Numbered from the stretch's first letter, positions 17,635-28,015 are shown. The stretch is 42,132 bases of DNA from a virus (IMGVR_UViG_3300022936_000015:1-42132), one strand, 5' to 3'. The notes: a model not told the origin generated them from the sequence alone. Made by a program: numbers and translations.

Positions 17635-18942
17635 CTATGGTTTTGTAATAGCTGTAATCGCAGTTGCAAATGAACCTTTAACAAAAGCATTAACCCAATT
17701 CGATTTAACGAATAGAACCGCTCTCATTTCAGCTAAGATGGTAACTAAGTTTTTGATAAAGTCATCATTAACATAACCGATTTGGATATTTACATCCTCA
17801 CGAATCGCTAATGTAGCTTTTTTGAAATCTCCAACTAAGAATGTGCCAACCGCAACACCGTTGTTAGCAACAACACGTAAACCAGCAACAGTCATACCAT
17901 CAGCAGAACTAAACGGAGGCATTAAATACATGCCGTTAGCGTCTTTAGTTAACTGCATTGCATAGTAATCAGCGGGATTAATAACAACCGCATCAGCAGT
18001 AAAGTTAGCAGCTGAAACTTGAGCTACAGCAGCCATCAATACGTCGAAACGATTTGGAGTTGCTACTAATAATGCTAATGTCGAAACAGCGGCAAAAGTA
18101 GGGGCAACAGTTAAAATCCCTTTCAAGTTTGGAGAAACGCCATCCCCCGATAAAATTTGCTCATCTAATTTCAAAGCAACTAACTCACGAAGCTCGGTGT
18201 TAATCTCGCCTTGTAAGAATTTAATATCTGCTAAAGCTTCTTTCGACACTTTAATCCAAACAGCGATTTTCTCTACTTTTGCAGTAGCCTCAACGATATC
18301 GAAATCTGTTTGAGGTTTAGTTGCACCCTCTGCAACGGTTCCAGCAACACCTGGATCAGCATTCTTTTGCTCAGCCCAAGCAATATACATGTTATCAGTC
18401 GTAATGATACGAACCAATTCACGCATAAATGGCTGACGTCTTTGAATACGTGCAAATTCAGAATCCCAATTGGTTAAACCGATTGTTCCGCCTGAATAGT
18501 TAGTGCTGATTTGCATTGTGCCAGCGGCTTTCATGGTAAAGTTTACCTTGTCGCTTCCGTTGTCTTTTAGCGCAATTAATTTTTCTTTGTTTGTTTCAAC
18601 AAAGTCTTTCAATTCAGCTTCAAAAGATTTTACTGTAGCGGCATCGCCGTTTTGCAATCCTTTAACAACCTTAGCAACGCTATCGTGTTGTTTTTGCATT
18701 TCTTCAAGAATAGTCTCTAAAGCTTTTTCTTGATTGTCTGCCGAATCTTTTAATTTAAGAGATTTGAAAGCTTCTTTTGCGATTTCCTCGATTAAAGCTT
18801 TTGCCTCGTCCGTTCCAACTTCAACCTTAAGCAATTTTGCTAGGTTGTGGGCCACGTATTTTTGAGCTGCATCTTCAGCAGACTCTTTAACTACTTTTAA
18901 AGCAGCTTCTTTTTCTTGTTCTGGGGTTAAGTTGTCCGCCAT
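17635..18942 (-). CDS. Major capsid protein, HK97 fold, with N-terminal scaffold (delta) domain
   Basis: 'VAEGATKP', 'QILSGDG...GIL', 'INPADY', 'VGDF', 'DFIKNLVTILAEMR'. Confidence 0.96.
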   Translation of the reverse strand: MADNLTPEQEKEAALKVVKESAEDAAQKYVAHNLAKLLKVEVGTDEAKALIEEIAKEAFKSLKLKDSADNQEKALETILEEMQKQHDSVAKVVKGLQNGDAATVKSFEAELKDFVETNKEKLIALKDNGSDKVNFTMKAAGTMQISTNYSGGTIGLTNWDSEFARIQRRQPFMRELVRIITTDNMYIAWAEQKNADPGVAGTVAEGATKPQTDFDIVEATAKVEKIAVWIKVSKEALADIKFLQGEINTELRELVALKLDEQILSGDGVSPNLKGILTVAPTFAAVSTLALLVATPNRFDVLMAAVAQVSAANFTADAVVINPADYYAMQLTKDANGMYLMPPFSSADGMTVAGLRVVANNGVAVGTFLVGDFKKATLAIREDVNIQIGYVNDDFIKNLVTILAEMRAVLFVKSNWVNAFVKGSFATAITAITKP

Positions 18943-18950
18943 GATTTCTT

Positions 18951-19733
18951 TTAATTAAATAATGAATAAAATGAATTAGTTTTTTGACTGCTCATTGGCG
19001 GGTCTATATTTACACTGTCTTTAGACGGGTTGTACATTCCTGTTAGTTCATTTGAACCCTCTGTAACGCAACTAATCTCAATTAGCTTTGCTTCTTTTAC
19101 TGGCCAGAAGTAACCTTTTTCTAAAGCTTTTTCGGGATTACCTAAAAGCCCTATGTATTTATTCCAGTTATCAAATTCCTCTTTATTGTCTGGATTATTT
19201 ACAGCCAACGAAATCTTGACATACTGCATACCGACACTATGTTGATCTATTTCTCCATCTTTATATGAATCAAATATTAATTGATTGTAATTACGCTTGA
19301 TAGCTGAATCTCCAAGCAAGGCCATTGTTTGCCCCATTTTGTTAACTCCTAAATCAGACCAATTAACAACTTGCTCATAAACATTAATAAACTTACCTAC
19401 CTTTGCGGTTAACTGGTTTACGTGATCGTGCCTATGCCAAATTCTACCAGCTCTATCTTTTACAGAAACACCGAAAACATTATTCAAGTGAACATCATCG
19501 TGAGAATCCATCCAATTGTAGGTATTGCCTACCAAAGTGCGGTAAATCGTATCTTCGGTATCTTGATTGTTTTGGATAGCTTTAGAAACTAAACCCGAAT
19601 CAGATTTTAAACCGCCAAACGAATCAGCATATTTAATAGCAGACTTTTTGCAGTCAATTAATTCAGCCTTGTTTTTTACAAGGAACTCAATTAAATCTTT
19701 TTTATCTGTAAACTCAGGAATGTTTAATTTCAT
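18951..19733 (-). CDS. Prohead maturation protease
   Basis: 'DSHDDV', 'HDH', 'HSVG', 'LIEISCV..GSN'; precedes capsid gene. Confidence 0.8.
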   Translation of the reverse strand: MKLNIPEFTDKKDLIEFLVKNKAELIDCKKSAIKYADSFGGLKSDSGLVSKAIQNNQDTEDTIYRTLVGNTYNWMDSHDDVHLNNVFGVSVKDRAGRIWHRHDHVNQLTAKVGKFINVYEQVVNWSDLGVNKMGQTMALLGDSAIKRNYNQLIFDSYKDGEIDQHSVGMQYVKISLAVNNPDNKEEFDNWNKYIGLLGNPEKALEKGYFWPVKEAKLIEISCVTEGSNELTGMYNPSKDSVNIDPPMSSQKTNSFYSLFN

Positions 19734-19828
19734 TTTCTGATGATTTGTTGCTCACTAACTTGCTTTGTCTTTACGGATTTAATATCCTCAATTTCCTTTT
19801 GTGTGGGTACTTTTGGCTTAGTTTCCAT
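19730..19828 (-). CDS. 32-aa basic peptide
   Basis: METKPKVPTQKEIEDIKSVKTKQVSEQQIIRK; ATGA-coupled to the protease gene. Confidence 0.55.
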   Translation of the reverse strand: METKPKVPTQKEIEDIKSVKTKQVSEQQIIRK

Positions 19829-19830
19829 AA

Positions 19831-19848
19831 TGTAACAGTAATGTTGCA
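19831..19848. promoter_or_regulatory. Operator TGTAAC-N6-GTTGCA
   Basis: 2 bp downstream of minus-strand TATATTTG (19851-19858). Confidence 0.72.
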
Positions 19849-19930
19849 AACAAATATAAATATTTTAAACACAAATACAATAATTAATATTTTATGCCTC
19901 CGCTATTGGATTCCCATCGCTAAGAGGCCT

Positions 19931-20779
19931 TTAACTTGCTCCTGATAACTTGCCGTCGATTATTCTACCTCGTTTAACGTAAGCATTATACCTGTTTTGG
20001 CTCATTAACGATTGAGTACACCTACATCGGATTCTATTTTTAGGCTTTAATTGTATATCCCCAGGACGCAAACATTCGTCTGGCGTATCATTTTTAGTTG
20101 GATCAATTAACGAGTATTTATCGTCAATCGGTATTATCGTATCGTTTTCATGTATATGCGATGGGCGTTCTCTAATGTCATTACGCCCTAACCAAACCTT
20201 ATAACCACCTCCGCCTTGTTCATCAATCCACGACCTCGCACCTACTTCCTTTCCTAAATTACTCAAAGTCGTTGCCTCTGTTCTGCTAATCGTATTTGTT
20301 CTTAGTTTAAGCTTACCATTCAATAGTTTTTCAAATAAACGAATAGAACCATCACGATCAATACCTAAGGAGTTCGCCTCGCCTAAAGCTTGTGTAATTA
20401 TATCGATAGTAGTTTGATTTAATTCTCTTTGAATACCGTACACATAGTTTAGTGCATAATCTCGGAATGTTGTTTGCCATATATCAACTAAGAATTGAAT
20501 AGCAGATGCTTTATTGGCTTCTAAGCCTCGCTGTCTGTAATATTCTTGTTTAGCTATTTTTAAAGGAAGTTCAGAATAAGCTTTTTGATAGGCCACATTC
20601 CATACATTTTCGTTTATTAATGCTGATGGATTACTTTCGGTGCCGTACTTTCTTACGTGTTCTAAAACGAGCGCAACAGTATCTTTTAATGCTTTACGGA
20701 ATATCGGAACTAATGTTTTTTCAGCTATTCTTTGTTGTCTAGCCCATAATTTACGCTCAATTCTAAACTCCTTCAGCAT
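19931..20779 (-). CDS. Minor head protein (MuF/SPP1 gp7-like)
   Basis: 'ISRTE', 'KVW', 'RERPSH', 'PGD', 'RCRC'. Confidence 0.9.
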   Translation of the reverse strand: MLKEFRIERKLWARQQRIAEKTLVPIFRKALKDTVALVLEHVRKYGTESNPSALINENVWNVAYQKAYSELPLKIAKQEYYRQRGLEANKASAIQFLVDIWQTTFRDYALNYVYGIQRELNQTTIDIITQALGEANSLGIDRDGSIRLFEKLLNGKLKLRTNTISRTEATTLSNLGKEVGARSWIDEQGGGGYKVWLGRNDIRERPSHIHENDTIIPIDDKYSLIDPTKNDTPDECLRPGDIQLKPKNRIRCRCTQSLMSQNRYNAYVKRGRIIDGKLSGAS

Positions 20780-20906
20780 CGTCGATATTATTTTTGTTTA
20801 ATTCAGAATCTAATTCACTTGTGTCCGTCGCCAATATAAACCCAGCCTCTAAACCAGCCTTAAAAGCTTTAATTAACAATGTTGCATCAAATTCTAATAT
20901 AGCCAT
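20763..20906 (-). CDS. Hypothetical 47-aa protein
   Basis: MAILEFDATLLIKAFKAGLEAG...; TAATG-coupled to the portal gene. Confidence 0.5.
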   Translation of the reverse strand: MAILEFDATLLIKAFKAGLEAGFILATDTSELDSELNKNNIDDAEGV

Positions 20907-22264
20907 TATAAAGATGTTGCTTCTGGATCTACTTCAAGTTCTCCGCCTAGCAAATCATTTAAATTCATTAACCCTGTAGGAGCCAAAATAACTTTACCGT
21001 TATCTCCATCGATATCATCCCACCCAAATACCGAACGCGTTTCGTTAATCGTCAATAAAGGAGTTCCATAAACTTCTTTCATTAACTTTAAATCTGGCGC
21101 AAGCTCGCTAAATTCTGTTATGTCAGTTGTTGCAATAATATCGGGCCACCATTGTTTAACGATTTGATTTAATTTCTGATCAAATTTCCTTATTTCTGGA
21201 ATAGCCGTATTTGTTACCAAAGACTTGTAACCTACGATAATTGAGTTTTCCGATACACTCGATGCGGCAGGGGATAAGGCCCACGGAACACCAACGGTAG
21301 CATAAATATTTTTCCAGCTTGAATCTTCTGATTTAACCAATTCCAATTCAGCTAAAGTATCGCCATAGTTTTGAGGATTGACATATCCGTTAGTCCAGTA
21401 TTGTCTACGGTTGTTTTGCGAACCTGTCATTAGCCTTTCTTGACTATCTCTAACGGCTGTCATTTGCTCCGCTGTCATTTTCTCGACAACTTCGCCTTGA
21501 TTGTCAACTGCGATATCAGAACTAAATATAGTTCCACGTCCACCGTTAACAAATGCCGCCCCTTGCGCTAAAGTATTTTGGTTACTTAGGTTAATATCGG
21601 CTTTTGCTACTTCATCAATACCAAATCCCTTTAAACTTGATATATTTGGATTCCAATGTTTAAGATGCAACATTCTATCCTTTGAAATCGGCACTTGCGT
21701 ACCATCCCATGCGGTGTAAATGTAGCTTTCAATATTATCAAATTTATCTTTTGATTGAACTGCTTCTACTCGGTTACGATTAAGTGAATGAACGGCAACA
21801 GGAAAAACGCTCCTACTTAATTCGCCTAATCCCTCAAAAAACAAATATCCATCGCCAAAGGTATAGTTGTGCCAAAAATCCTGAGTTAATTCAATACCTG
21901 ATTGATAGGTATTAGGATTATCAAATAAAGCGTTTAGCGGATGGTTTTCAACTTCCTCTAATGATTGTGCTTTTATTAAAGCTCGTTGCTCGTTGCTAAT
22001 CGTTTTGCTGTAAAATTTATTAAACTTCCTTTCTGAGCCTGTTGCTTTCTTTTTGCTAAACATGATCGGTGCTTCAGTGAGCTTATTTACCAAAATGTTT
22101 GTAGCAGAATAAAATATTTTATTGTTATAAGCACTCATGCCATCTAAGCCGATTTGAAAGCGATTACCCATTACAAACGGTAATATCGGGTAGTTAGGCA
22201 AAGACTTGCTTAATTGTTCAGTTGACTTGCTTAATAGCGTTTTCCAGGCTTTTTTGATTTGCAT
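20906..22264 (-). CDS. Portal protein (HK97-like)
   Basis: 'HPLNALFDNPNTYQS', 'GDGY', 'LTINETR'; start moved to ATG 22264. Confidence 0.92.
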   Translation of the reverse strand: MQIKKAWKTLLSKSTEQLSKSLPNYPILPFVMGNRFQIGLDGMSAYNNKIFYSATNILVNKLTEAPIMFSKKKATGSERKFNKFYSKTISNEQRALIKAQSLEEVENHPLNALFDNPNTYQSGIELTQDFWHNYTFGDGYLFFEGLGELSRSVFPVAVHSLNRNRVEAVQSKDKFDNIESYIYTAWDGTQVPISKDRMLHLKHWNPNISSLKGFGIDEVAKADINLSNQNTLAQGAAFVNGGRGTIFSSDIAVDNQGEVVEKMTAEQMTAVRDSQERLMTGSQNNRRQYWTNGYVNPQNYGDTLAELELVKSEDSSWKNIYATVGVPWALSPAASSVSENSIIVGYKSLVTNTAIPEIRKFDQKLNQIVKQWWPDIIATTDITEFSELAPDLKLMKEVYGTPLLTINETRSVFGWDDIDGDNGKVILAPTGLMNLNDLLGGELEVDPEATSL

Positions 22265-22271
22265 TTTCAAA

Positions 22272-22289
22272 TGTAGTAAGAATGTTACA
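22272..22289. promoter_or_regulatory. Operator TGTAGT-N6-GTTACA
   Basis: Overlaps minus-strand TACATTTG (22268-22275). Confidence 0.65.
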
Positions 22290-22307
22290 TTAATGCAATA
22301 TAGCAAA

Positions 22308-23522
22308 TTATGAACTCATTACGGTCCTGCCCTGCTTAGTTTCTTTTATCAAAGGATAAACACAATACCTAACCGCATCAAGTAAGTGGTTATAGGCATC
22401 TATTGGAGTTGAGGATTTTTTGTCGTGCCAAACGTAGTTATTTAACTCTTTAATTAGGTTTTTGCTATCCGAATCTATAATAAGTTTATAATCTTGAATA
22501 GCAGCTATCCCTGCAGTTATAGACCCTGGGCCCTTAATGGCTGGCTTAATATTTAAGCCCTTAGCTTTTAACTCTGATATCAATCTAGGTTCTGCGCTAT
22601 CCGCTGTTATAAGTGATTCAAAGCCTGCATTTCTTAAATAGTCTTTATAAATATCCTCTGTAGACAACCCCGTTTTGTAAACGCACTCTTTAAGGTAAAC
22701 TATTTTTTTGCGTTTATCTACAGCGCATTTAACTAAAGTTGTTTCGTCAAAGCTAAATCCAAAGTCACCTCCAAATGAATGAGGTAAATCCAAATTAAAC
22801 TCTCCTATTTTCCAGTTAGAATAAATTACACCTTCCGCTGCATCTAGCCATCCACCTAAAATAACGTGTTCGTATTTTTGAGGATTAGTGTTTTTTATTA
22901 TCTCAACCTGAGCAAGAAATGAATGGTCTAAATTGTCTACATTATCTCGGTAGTCGGTGTGAATATAGGTTACGTTTTCTTTTTTACCGTTCCATCCAGG
23001 ATTAACACCCATTGATTCAAAGAAACGCTTATAAATGAAATGTTCTTTCGTGGCAGGATTCATTATTAAAATAACCCTGTTTTGAACACCTTTTTGTCTT
23101 ACTGATAAATCAATCCTATCAAAAACTGTTTCATCTGTTACCTCCTCGGCTTCATCTATAACTAAAACGTTAATCCCTTGTAGTGATTTTAGATTTGCGG
23201 TGTTTGATTTGCTTCCTGTCTGAATACCTCGAAATAATATAGCGTTACCGTTGGTTTTATTAATTATTTCGGTTTTAGTTATATCGAATAGATTATCTAA
23301 TCCTAAAAGTTCAATCTTTTCTTGAAACTCTGGTATGATAGAAAGGTATGCGGACGTTAATGTTTGTCTTAGGAATAATATTCTTTGCTTTTCTTCTAAT
23401 AGCATTAAACAAAGAATTGTGTTTACGGTAAATGATTTACCGCTACCCCTTCCTCCTGTTATTGGAAAGTATCGGGAATTATCAGATATTAATGGAGCAT
23501 ATTTTTTATTTAAAACTAACAA
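22308..23522 (-). CDS. terL: Terminase large subunit (PBSX/SPP1-type)
   Basis: Walker A GGRGSGKS, Walker B IDEAEE, nuclease DFG, DSAEP, NHLLDAVRY. Confidence 0.96.
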   Translation of the reverse strand: MLVLNKKYAPLISDNSRYFPITGGRGSGKSFTVNTILCLMLLEEKQRILFLRQTLTSAYLSIIPEFQEKIELLGLDNLFDITKTEIINKTNGNAILFRGIQTGSKSNTANLKSLQGINVLVIDEAEEVTDETVFDRIDLSVRQKGVQNRVILIMNPATKEHFIYKRFFESMGVNPGWNGKKENVTYIHTDYRDNVDNLDHSFLAQVEIIKNTNPQKYEHVILGGWLDAAEGVIYSNWKIGEFNLDLPHSFGGDFGFSFDETTLVKCAVDKRKKIVYLKECVYKTGLSTEDIYKDYLRNAGFESLITADSAEPRLISELKAKGLNIKPAIKGPGSITAGIAAIQDYKLIIDSDSKNLIKELNNYVWHDKKSSTPIDAYNHLLDAVRYCVYPLIKETKQGRTVMSS

Positions 23523-23763
23523 GTTCTTTTAAGTTAATGCCAGTAAGATTAACATTGCTATCTGATTCAACTTTTTGAGTAGGTTTCCCGTAACGATATT
23601 CCATGTAAAGCTTTAGAGCATTAAAGTCGCCATTATCTAAAAGCGTTTCAAGCATTTCTAAGGCTTTATCTTCCATTGGCGATAATCTCTCTATCAGTTT
23701 GGTTTCTTCTGCCTTAGACTTGCGCCCTGCGCCTTGTCTGGCTCCTCCTCGATTGCTTTCCAT
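23506..23763 (-). CDS. terS: Terminase small subunit
   Basis: 'RGGARQGAGRK' N-terminus, 'YGKPTQ'; overlaps terL. Confidence 0.8.
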   Translation of the reverse strand: MESNRGGARQGAGRKSKAEETKLIERLSPMEDKALEMLETLLDNGDFNALKLYMEYRYGKPTQKVESDSNVNLTGINLKELVSFK

Positions 23764-23793
23764 ATAGGATTGAAATAAATTGATTAATCAACC

Positions 23794-23801
23794 CAAATAT
23801 A
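23794..23801 (-). promoter_or_regulatory. -7 promoter element (TATATTTG) for the terminase genes
   Basis: TAnnTTTG match in intergenic gap. Confidence 0.6.
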
Positions 23802-23811
23802 CGAATTAAAA

Positions 23812-24141
23812 CTACTTTTCTAAACTTTCAATATTAAACCTGATAAACTCTTTGCCTTTTTCTGTCTTTATCTTCTTAACATTCATTTCGTAAATCCGAC
23901 TATCATTAAATCCGTATTTCTTTTGGAGTATATCCAGGAATGGTTTTATAGAGTTGTCAATATCATTTCCAGAATTACTCAATCCAAACTCAAAACTGAT
24001 TTTAAGCTCGCCTAAAGGAATAATTAATTTTGGCAATATAAATAGACATGAGCGTTCAAATGATTTGTACTTATCTGTTTTAAATCGTTTACCTTGCCAT
24101 GCCTCGTTAACAGACATTGGCTTGATGTTTACCTCAGTCAT
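23812..24141 (-). CDS. RusA-like Holliday junction resolvase
   Basis: 'PMSVN', 'DIDNSIKPFLDIL...NDSRI'. Confidence 0.85.
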   Translation of the reverse strand: MTEVNIKPMSVNEAWQGKRFKTDKYKSFERSCLFILPKLIIPLGELKISFEFGLSNSGNDIDNSIKPFLDILQKKYGFNDSRIYEMNVKKIKTEKGKEFIRFNIESLEK

Positions 24142-24619
24142 TCGGTTTAAATAATACTATCCATTTTCCAACTGTTTCTTGTGCTTTATTCCAATCAGAT
24201 CTTTTGTATTCCCAATCGGGATGATTAAAAGTTTCGGCGGGCTTCTCTCCTAAATGATTAACCTCATAAATTTCATTATCCTTAATAAATGATTTGAAAC
24301 TTTCTAATGCCGTACCAACATAACCGTATCCGACTTTAAATTTGACAGTATAATCGTAGTATGATTGACCATAAACCCTTTTAATCAAAGGAACCATCAT
24401 CTTAGCTTGTTCTTCTGTAACCTCGCTTGTAAGGCCGATTAGCTGGAATCCGTTGCAAACTTTTAAATACTTTCTATCTGTTAGCCATCCGCTAAAATCT
24501 TTAATAAGATAAGATAAATAAGGCATGTCTTCATCATCAAAATAAACAAAATCTTTAGCGTCATCAGGCACCTTAACAAAAAGAACCGTTCCCTTTTCTG
24601 TTTTATGTTCTACTTGCAT
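24134..24619 (-). CDS. Hypothetical protein
   Basis: 161-aa ORF. Confidence 0.75.
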   Translation of the reverse strand: MQVEHKTEKGTVLFVKVPDDAKDFVYFDDEDMPYLSYLIKDFSGWLTDRKYLKVCNGFQLIGLTSEVTEEQAKMMVPLIKRVYGQSYYDYTVKFKVGYGYVGTALESFKSFIKDNEIYEVNHLGEKPAETFNHPDWEYKRSDWNKAQETVGKWIVLFKPND

Positions 24620-24742
24620 GGTTAATTATATTTATAGGGCTGTGTAAATAAGATTCGGTTAAAATTTTATGTTTATTTTTCTTTTTAATCTTACGAGGTA
24701 TTCTGTCATAATGATTTTCTTTATAGAAATATTTTTTCATTT

Positions 24743-25042
24743 CTATAATTTTTCAAAATAAGCATTTAAGGACTGCATCATTAACGGATAACCTTTACAT
24801 CTCTTAAATTTTTCTTCAACCTCATCCTGATTTCCTGTGCATATAAGACTTATGTTCTCATCATTCAACAGAGTTGGGTTATAATGAAAGAACAGCCCAG
24901 CATAGCAAGCTATACTATCAAGATGGTCTAATGGATAGTTCTCTTTTTCTTTAGAGTTTACAGCGCCACAATCATACATTATTTCTTTCATCATCGATTT
25001 TGCGATTTCCTGATATTCAGGTTTTCTATAATCTATATTCAT
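24743..25042 (-). CDS. Hypothetical protein
   Basis: 99-aa ORF. Confidence 0.7.
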   Translation of the reverse strand: MNIDYRKPEYQEIAKSMMKEIMYDCGAVNSKEKENYPLDHLDSIACYAGLFFHYNPTLLNDENISLICTGNQDEVEEKFKRCKGYPLMMQSLNAYFEKL

Positions 25043-25076
25043 AATCTTACTTTAAATTGTTTATAAATCTGTTAGG

Positions 25077-25238
25077 TTAGCTTTTTTCTAGTATAAGAAC
25101 CCAAAACCTATTTTCATCGTATTTTTCCTCAAAGCTTAAAACAATTCTCCATCCATTAGTTAATAAATTATTTAATTCATTTAATGAATTTCCTGTATAG
25201 CCATGAGGATATAATCTAAATGCGTGTTGCTCTTTCAT
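25077..25238 (-). CDS. Hypothetical 53-aa protein
   Basis: MKEQHAFRLYPHG...LNNLLTNGWRIV...ILEKS; directly after a promoter. Confidence 0.6.
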   Translation of the reverse strand: MKEQHAFRLYPHGYTGNSLNELNNLLTNGWRIVLSFEEKYDENRFWVLILEKS

Positions 25239-25272
25239 ACCTGTAAAATTACCTTTTAATTAAATGCGGTTT

Positions 25273-25290
25273 TGTAACTTTATTGTTAGA
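25273..25290. promoter_or_regulatory. Operator TGTAAC-N6-GTTAGA
   Basis: 21 bp upstream of minus-strand TAATTTTA (25244-25251). Confidence 0.7.
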
Positions 25291-25621
25291 AAGGACAGTC
25301 GTCAGAAAATGCACTATTAGCTTCAATTAATCTAACAAAATTTGAAACTTTTACTTCTTTATTTTTAACTGGCAAATTCTGAATAAATAAAATCTCTTTT
25401 CTAATCCTCCTTGCGTTAATAATCTTTTTATGATTCCCAATCGGGTCGAAATGCTCTAAACACAAGGCGAATATTTCCAAGCTAAAGTTTGATTTTTGCA
25501 TATTACAATTCTTACAACAAAGCATCGTTAAATTACCTCCTTTGCTCTTTGCAATTAAGTGATCTCTTGATCTGCTTTTTTCGGTTAGCTCAATTTCGCA
25601 ATAACAACACCTCTCAATCAT
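25286..25621 (-). CDS. HNH endonuclease
   Basis: CCYC...DHLIAKSKGG...CKNCNMQK. Confidence 0.85.
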   Translation of the reverse strand: MIERCCYCEIELTEKSRSRDHLIAKSKGGNLTMLCCKNCNMQKSNFSLEIFALCLEHFDPIGNHKKIINARRIRKEILFIQNLPVKNKEVKVSNFVRLIEANSAFSDDCPF

Positions 25622-25633
25622 AATTACTTCGTG

Positions 25634-25984
25634 TTACTTGGTTTCAAAATAAAATATTACTTTTTTAGGTTTGCATTCGATTAAGCCGAACCTTTCAGCC
25701 ACTCTAAATGTCGGCCTATCTCGTCTTAAAATATCTATCTGAGCTTGAATATGGCTTCTAAAACCTTCAATACCATTTCCAGATTTAAACAGGTTACAAC
25801 TTCTGCATGCTGGCATATAATTTTCCATGCAATGAACTAAATCAATTGTTGATAAAGGATTTTTACCTTCACAATGCCATTGAGGTATAGCGTGGTCTAA
25901 ATGCCAGCCTTTTTCTAATCCACACCCACAATAAGCGCATTTGCCATCAAATTTATTAAATACTGACTGTCTATCTATTTTCAT
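25634..25984 (-). CDS. HNH endonuclease
   Basis: CAYCG...DHAIP...NYMPACRSCN. Confidence 0.9.
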   Translation of the reverse strand: MKIDRQSVFNKFDGKCAYCGCGLEKGWHLDHAIPQWHCEGKNPLSTIDLVHCMENYMPACRSCNLFKSGNGIEGFRSHIQAQIDILRRDRPTFRVAERFGLIECKPKKVIFYFETK

Positions 25985-26255
25985 TACTTGGTTTCTTTTG
26001 GTTGATTAACTTAATTATTCCTTGATTAAACTTTACATCGACTGTGTGCCTAATGTAATCTTTATACTCTCCTTTATCACTTTTAAAGAAATCCCTGGTT
26101 GTGACTAAAATGTGTTCCCGAAACTCCGATTTACTTAATTTAAAAGTCATTACTTCATGAGGAATACATTCGGTGCCGATTAAGTTCCATATCGTTCCGT
26201 TGTTGGTAAACTGAGTTTGAATATATGATCCGTTAATGTCAATTAGTTTATTCAT
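25971..26255 (-). CDS. Hypothetical protein
   Basis: Coupled ORF. Confidence 0.7.
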   Translation of the reverse strand: MNKLIDINGSYIQTQFTNNGTIWNLIGTECIPHEVMTFKLSKSEFREHILVTTRDFFKSDKGEYKDYIRHTVDVKFNQGIIKLINQKKPSNENR

Positions 26256-28012
26256 TAGAATGGTGGGTCTTGTTCGTTATCGAATAAATGATTTGGTTTA
26301 ATTTGATTTTCAATAAATGGCATGTTATTTTTTAGCCAATTTATTTCTGGGTCATTCCCTGGTTCAAAGAATCTAGCGTTTGGTTCATGATACTGATAAA
26401 TTGCCATTCCTTGTTTTCCTAAATGCTCCCATTTAACTTTCTGAAAGTGAACCTCTGTCATGTTTGTGACGTAATTACGAAATATCGTAAAACCGTTTTG
26501 TGTCATGTTAAAAAAGTGAGCAGAACCTGATATGCTGTAAAGGTTTGGTAATGTAAAATTAGAGCCATCAACAGTCTTTTGCATTTTTGTAGGGTGCGCA
26601 ACAAGAAACACGTGAACGCCATTAGCCTGAGCGAAAGTTATTATTTTAATCAAACAAGAAACAATCCACTCTCCATCATCCATGCCACGAGGCTTAGTGT
26701 TTTCAATTCTATTCCAAGGATCTAAGATTAAACCTTTTATTCCTTTCCTCGTAACCAATGTTTTTGCTGATGCTAAAATGCTATCTAAACTAAATCCTGT
26801 TTCTGGCTTTATCAAATAGTACCTATCTTTTACCCATTCACGGCTTTCTTCAAGTTCGTTTAAATCTATGTTTGCTTTACTAAATTTCTTGCCTAATAAA
26901 CGCTTAATTAATCTGGTAAAATAAAATGACATTGGATGGCTTTCAGGGGAACAAACACCAAAACGCCAACTTGAATTTATACATAAACCTATACTAATTT
27001 GATCTAAGTATATTGACTTACCGTGTCCTGGTATTCCTGTTACCATTGTTAATTCGCCTGGCATACATCCTAAGTGTTCATCGAATTGCCTATCGCCTGT
27101 TTTATCTCCTTTTGGTAATCCGTTATTGTAAATATCCATTATCCCTTCCCACTCATCATCAATTCCAAAAACGCCCTGCATGGGATATTCATCAGCGTAA
27201 TTTATTTCGTTTAAAAGACTTTCTTTTCCTTTTGCAGCCAAATACTCGTTTGAATCTTTAAAATCGCTTAAACCTACCTTAAAACAACGCTCGTAACCTA
27301 ATCGCCTCGCTAGTTCATCCCTTAACTGAATGCCTACTTCGTCATTATCAACACAAATGTAAATACGCTCTTTGTTTTCAAGGTATTCAAAACAATTATC
27401 TATCCATTCCATTTTAGCGTTTTTACTCGCCCCGTTTGGAACTGATACGGCAAATTTATATCCAGCCTCATGCCAGCTCATTGCGTCAATTTCGCCCTCG
27501 GTAATCAGACATTCTTTTGAATTTTTAATGGCATCCAGATTGAACAAAATTAATTCTGCATCTTTTACAAGCTTAAATCCTTTTTTTGCTGTTCTGAATT
27601 TAGTATTGATTAATTGGCCTTCTCTAAAATAATTGAATTGAATTGTGTTTGTGTTTCCGTTTTCCTGAGGCATCCATTCAATACCTTCAGTAATTTTAAA
27701 ATCAATTAATGTGCTTTGCGAAATCCCTCTACCAAAAAAGTAATCAACAAGGTTTTTACTTAAATCTGTTTTATTATTAAATTCTGGCCTAACATAATTT
27801 TTTAAACTCATTGATTTTTCCTCTTTAACAATAAATGAACTTTCGCAATGGTTACATCTACCAACATTTTTATCGATATTCCAGCTGAAGCATTTAATTG
27901 TTTTCTTTTTTCGTAAATGACTGCATTTAGGGCAAATCATTTGTTCTTCTCCAGATGATCTCTTTACATCGATAATGTAATCTGTTTGTGTTGATAATTC
28001 GTGTATCTGCAT
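26255..28012 (-). CDS. Bifunctional primase-helicase (T7 gp4/Twinkle-like)
   Basis: Zn finger CPKC/CNHC, TOPRIM EGEIDA and DND, Walker A GIPGHGKS, VAHPTK, ISGSAHF. Confidence 0.95.
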   Translation of the reverse strand: MQIHELSTQTDYIIDVKRSSGEEQMICPKCSHLRKKKTIKCFSWNIDKNVGRCNHCESSFIVKEEKSMSLKNYVRPEFNNKTDLSKNLVDYFFGRGISQSTLIDFKITEGIEWMPQENGNTNTIQFNYFREGQLINTKFRTAKKGFKLVKDAELILFNLDAIKNSKECLITEGEIDAMSWHEAGYKFAVSVPNGASKNAKMEWIDNCFEYLENKERIYICVDNDEVGIQLRDELARRLGYERCFKVGLSDFKDSNEYLAAKGKESLLNEINYADEYPMQGVFGIDDEWEGIMDIYNNGLPKGDKTGDRQFDEHLGCMPGELTMVTGIPGHGKSIYLDQISIGLCINSSWRFGVCSPESHPMSFYFTRLIKRLLGKKFSKANIDLNELEESREWVKDRYYLIKPETGFSLDSILASAKTLVTRKGIKGLILDPWNRIENTKPRGMDDGEWIVSCLIKIITFAQANGVHVFLVAHPTKMQKTVDGSNFTLPNLYSISGSAHFFNMTQNGFTIFRNYVTNMTEVHFQKVKWEHLGKQGMAIYQYHEPNARFFEPGNDPEINWLKNNMPFIENQIKPNHLFDNEQDPPF

Positions 28013-28015
28013 GGC

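Noticed and set aside
19931-20779. MuF-fused polymorphic toxin
   Set aside because: The protein ends shortly after the CRC motif, with no toxin extension or immunity gene.
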